Assembly (NCBI RefSeq): GCF_035084215.1
Contig: NW_027139260.1
Coordinates: forward strand, 62,001 to 126,000
Length of the DNA stretch: 64,000 nucleotides
Source of the DNA: Heptranchias perlo
Lineage: Eukaryota
Reading direction: 5' to 3'
The translations under genes and the position numbers were made by a program. Shown in pieces: positions 62,001 to 64,000 of the stretch (the first letter of the stretch is position 1; each line of letters begins with the position of its first letter). Under the pieces are notes generated by a model. It was given only the letters and a program-made list of their open reading frames with translations. It did no database searches and was not told the DNA's origin.

Positions 62001-63339
62001 ATGGAGAGTCCAATGTAGAGCCCGATGGAGAGGGGAGCTCGATAGAGAAAGAAGCTCGATGGAGAACCCAAAGGAGAGCCCGATGGAGAGCAGAGCTCGA
62101 AACAGAGGCGAGCCCGATGGAGAGGAGAGCACAACGGAGAGCCCGATGGAGAGGAGAGCTCGATGTGGAGGAGAGCTCAACGGAGAGCCCGATGGAGAGG
62201 AGAGCTCGATGGAGAGCTCGATGTGGAGGAGAGCTCAATATAGAGGAGAGCCCGATGGAAAGCTCGATGGAGTGTCCGATGGAGAGTCCGATGGAGAGCC
62301 CGATGGAGAGCTCAATGGAGAGGAGAGCTCAATGGAGAGCCCGATGGAGAGGAGAGCCCGATGGAGAGCTCAATGGACAGCCTGATGGATAGCTCGATGG
62401 AGAGCCCGATCGAGAGGAGAGCCCGATGGAGAGCTCGATGGAGAGCCTAATGGAGAGTTCGATGGAGAGCCCGATGGAGAGCTTGATGTCGAGCCCAATG
62501 GAGAGCTCGATGGAGAGCCTGATGGAGAGTTCGATGGAGAGCCCGATGGAGAGCTTGATGTAGAGCCCAATGGAGAGCTCGATGGAGAGCCTGATGGAGA
62601 CGAGAGACCGATGGAGAGCTCAATGGAGAGAAGAGCCCGATGGAGAGTCGAGCCCGATGGAGAGCCCGATGGTGAGGAGAGCTTGATCGGGAGGAGAGCT
62701 CGATGGAGAGGAGGGCTCGATGGACAGCTCGATGGAGAGCTCGATGTAGAGCCCGATAGAGAGCACGATGGAGAGCCCGATGGAGAGTCCGATGGAGAGC
62801 TCGATGGAGAACTCGATAGAGAGCACGATGGAGAGGAGAGCCCAATGGAGAGTCCGATAGAGAGCTGAATGGAGAGCCCGACGCAGAGGAGAGCCTGATG
62901 GAAAGCCAGATTGAGAGTCCGATGGAGAGGAGAGCGCGAGAGGGAGGAGATCCTGATGGAGAGGACAGCTCGTTGGAGAGCCCAATGGAGAGGAGAGCTC
63001 AATGGAGAGCCCAATGGAGAGTTTAATGGAGAGCCTGATGGAGAACCTGGTGGCGGGCCTGATGGAGAGGAGAGCTCGATGGAGAGCCCGATGGTGAGTC
63101 CGACGGAGAGCCTGATGGCGAGCCTGATGCAGAGCACAATGGAGAGCCTGATGCAGAGCCCAATGGAGAGCCTGATGCAGAGCCCAATGGAGAGCCTGAT
63201 GGCGAGCCTGATGGAGAGCCCGATGGAGAGCCTGATGCAGAGCACAATGGAGAGCCTGATGCAGAGCCCAATGGAGAGCCTGATGCAGAGCCCAATGGAG
63301 AGCCTGATGGAGAGGAGAGCCCGATGGAGAGCCCGATGG

Positions 63340-63962
63340 AACATAAGAACATAAGAAATAGGAGCAGGAGTAGGCCAATCGGCCCCTCGAGCCTGCTCTG
63401 CCATTCAATAAGATCATGGCTGATCTGATCCTCACCTCAAATCTAAATTCATGTCCAATTTCCTGCCCGCTCCGTGTAACCCCTAATTCCCCTTACTTCC
63501 AGGAAACTGTCTATTTCTGTTTTAAATTTATTTAATGATGTAGCTTCCACAGCTTCCTGGGGCAGCAAATTCCACAGACCCACCACCATCTGAGTGAAGA
63601 AGTTTCTCCTCATCTCAGTTTTGAAAGAGCAGCCCCTTATTCTAAGATTATGCCGCCTAGTTCCAGTTTCACCCATCCTTGGGAACATCCTTACCGCATC
63701 CACCCGATCAAGTCCCTTCACAATCTTATATGTTTCAATAAGATCGCCTCTCATTCTTCTGAACTCCAATGAGTAGAGTCCCAATCTACTCAACCTCTCC
63801 TCATATGTCCGCCCCCTCATCCCCGGGATTAACCGAGTGAACCTTCTTTGTACTGCCTCGAGAGCAAGTATGTCTTTTCTTAAGTATGGAGACCAAAACT
63901 GTGTGCAGTATTCCAGGTGCGGTCTCACCAATACCTTATATAACTGCAGCAATACCTCCCTG
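63340..63962 (-). mobile_element. CR1 3' fragment, copy 5 of 5
   Basis: Same fragment and junctions; the frame is uninterrupted (ORF 63449..63952). Confidence 0.95.
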
Positions 63963-64000
63963 AGAGAGCTCGATTGTCAGCTCGATGGAGAGCCCGATGG

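Larger units (their letters stand above)
34947..64000. repeat. ~29-kb compound purine-rich satellite of 12-bp (GATGGAGAGCYC) and 17-bp (GATGGAGAGGAGAGCYC) monomers with kb-scale higher-order structure
   Basis: Continuous irregular concatenation of the two monomers. Rare landmarks recur, e.g. GATGGAGGGTCCGATCGAGAGG at about 36050, 42950 and 48233. The array runs off the window end. Confidence 0.98.

Noticed and set aside
34947-64000. Numerous long ORFs (up to 693 aa) on both strands
   Set aside because: They are translations of 12/17-mer monomers that lack stops. They overlap in all frames and show no domain content.

Overview
Eukaryotic, repeat-dominated DNA, most likely from a cartilaginous fish (shark). 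The assignment is inferred from the style of the CR1 and L2 LINEs and from the gene below. The only host gene I can support is missing from the ORF track: a 67-nt signal-peptide exon on the minus strand (3430-3364, MEVGRYFTVLALVLIHGAWAGE, phase-1 GTGAGT donor). It is preceded by an X1 box and a Y box spaced 19 bp apart, the signature of an MHC class II promoter, so this is most likely exon 1 of an MHC class II alpha gene whose remaining exons lie left of the window. Its intron 1 holds a decayed L2 and a 19-copy ~75-bp minisatellite in which almost every unit reads AG|12 nt|GTGAGT on the gene's sense strand, a candidate frame-preserving micro-exon array. Upstream lie: a Penelope-type remnant with a hammerhead-ribozyme core, a palindromic MITE, a nested minisatellite/CR1/solo-LTR stack, a second LINE, a ~19-kb 61-bp satellite, a truncated retrovirus-like LTR element (tether plus second RNase H plus integrase), and a ~29-kb purine-skewed 12/17-mer satellite that has co-amplified one CR1 fragment five times. 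Nearly all ORFs listed in 1.9-3.3, 11.5-30.5 and 35-64 kb are repeat artefacts. There are no CRISPR arrays, tRNA or rRNA genes.
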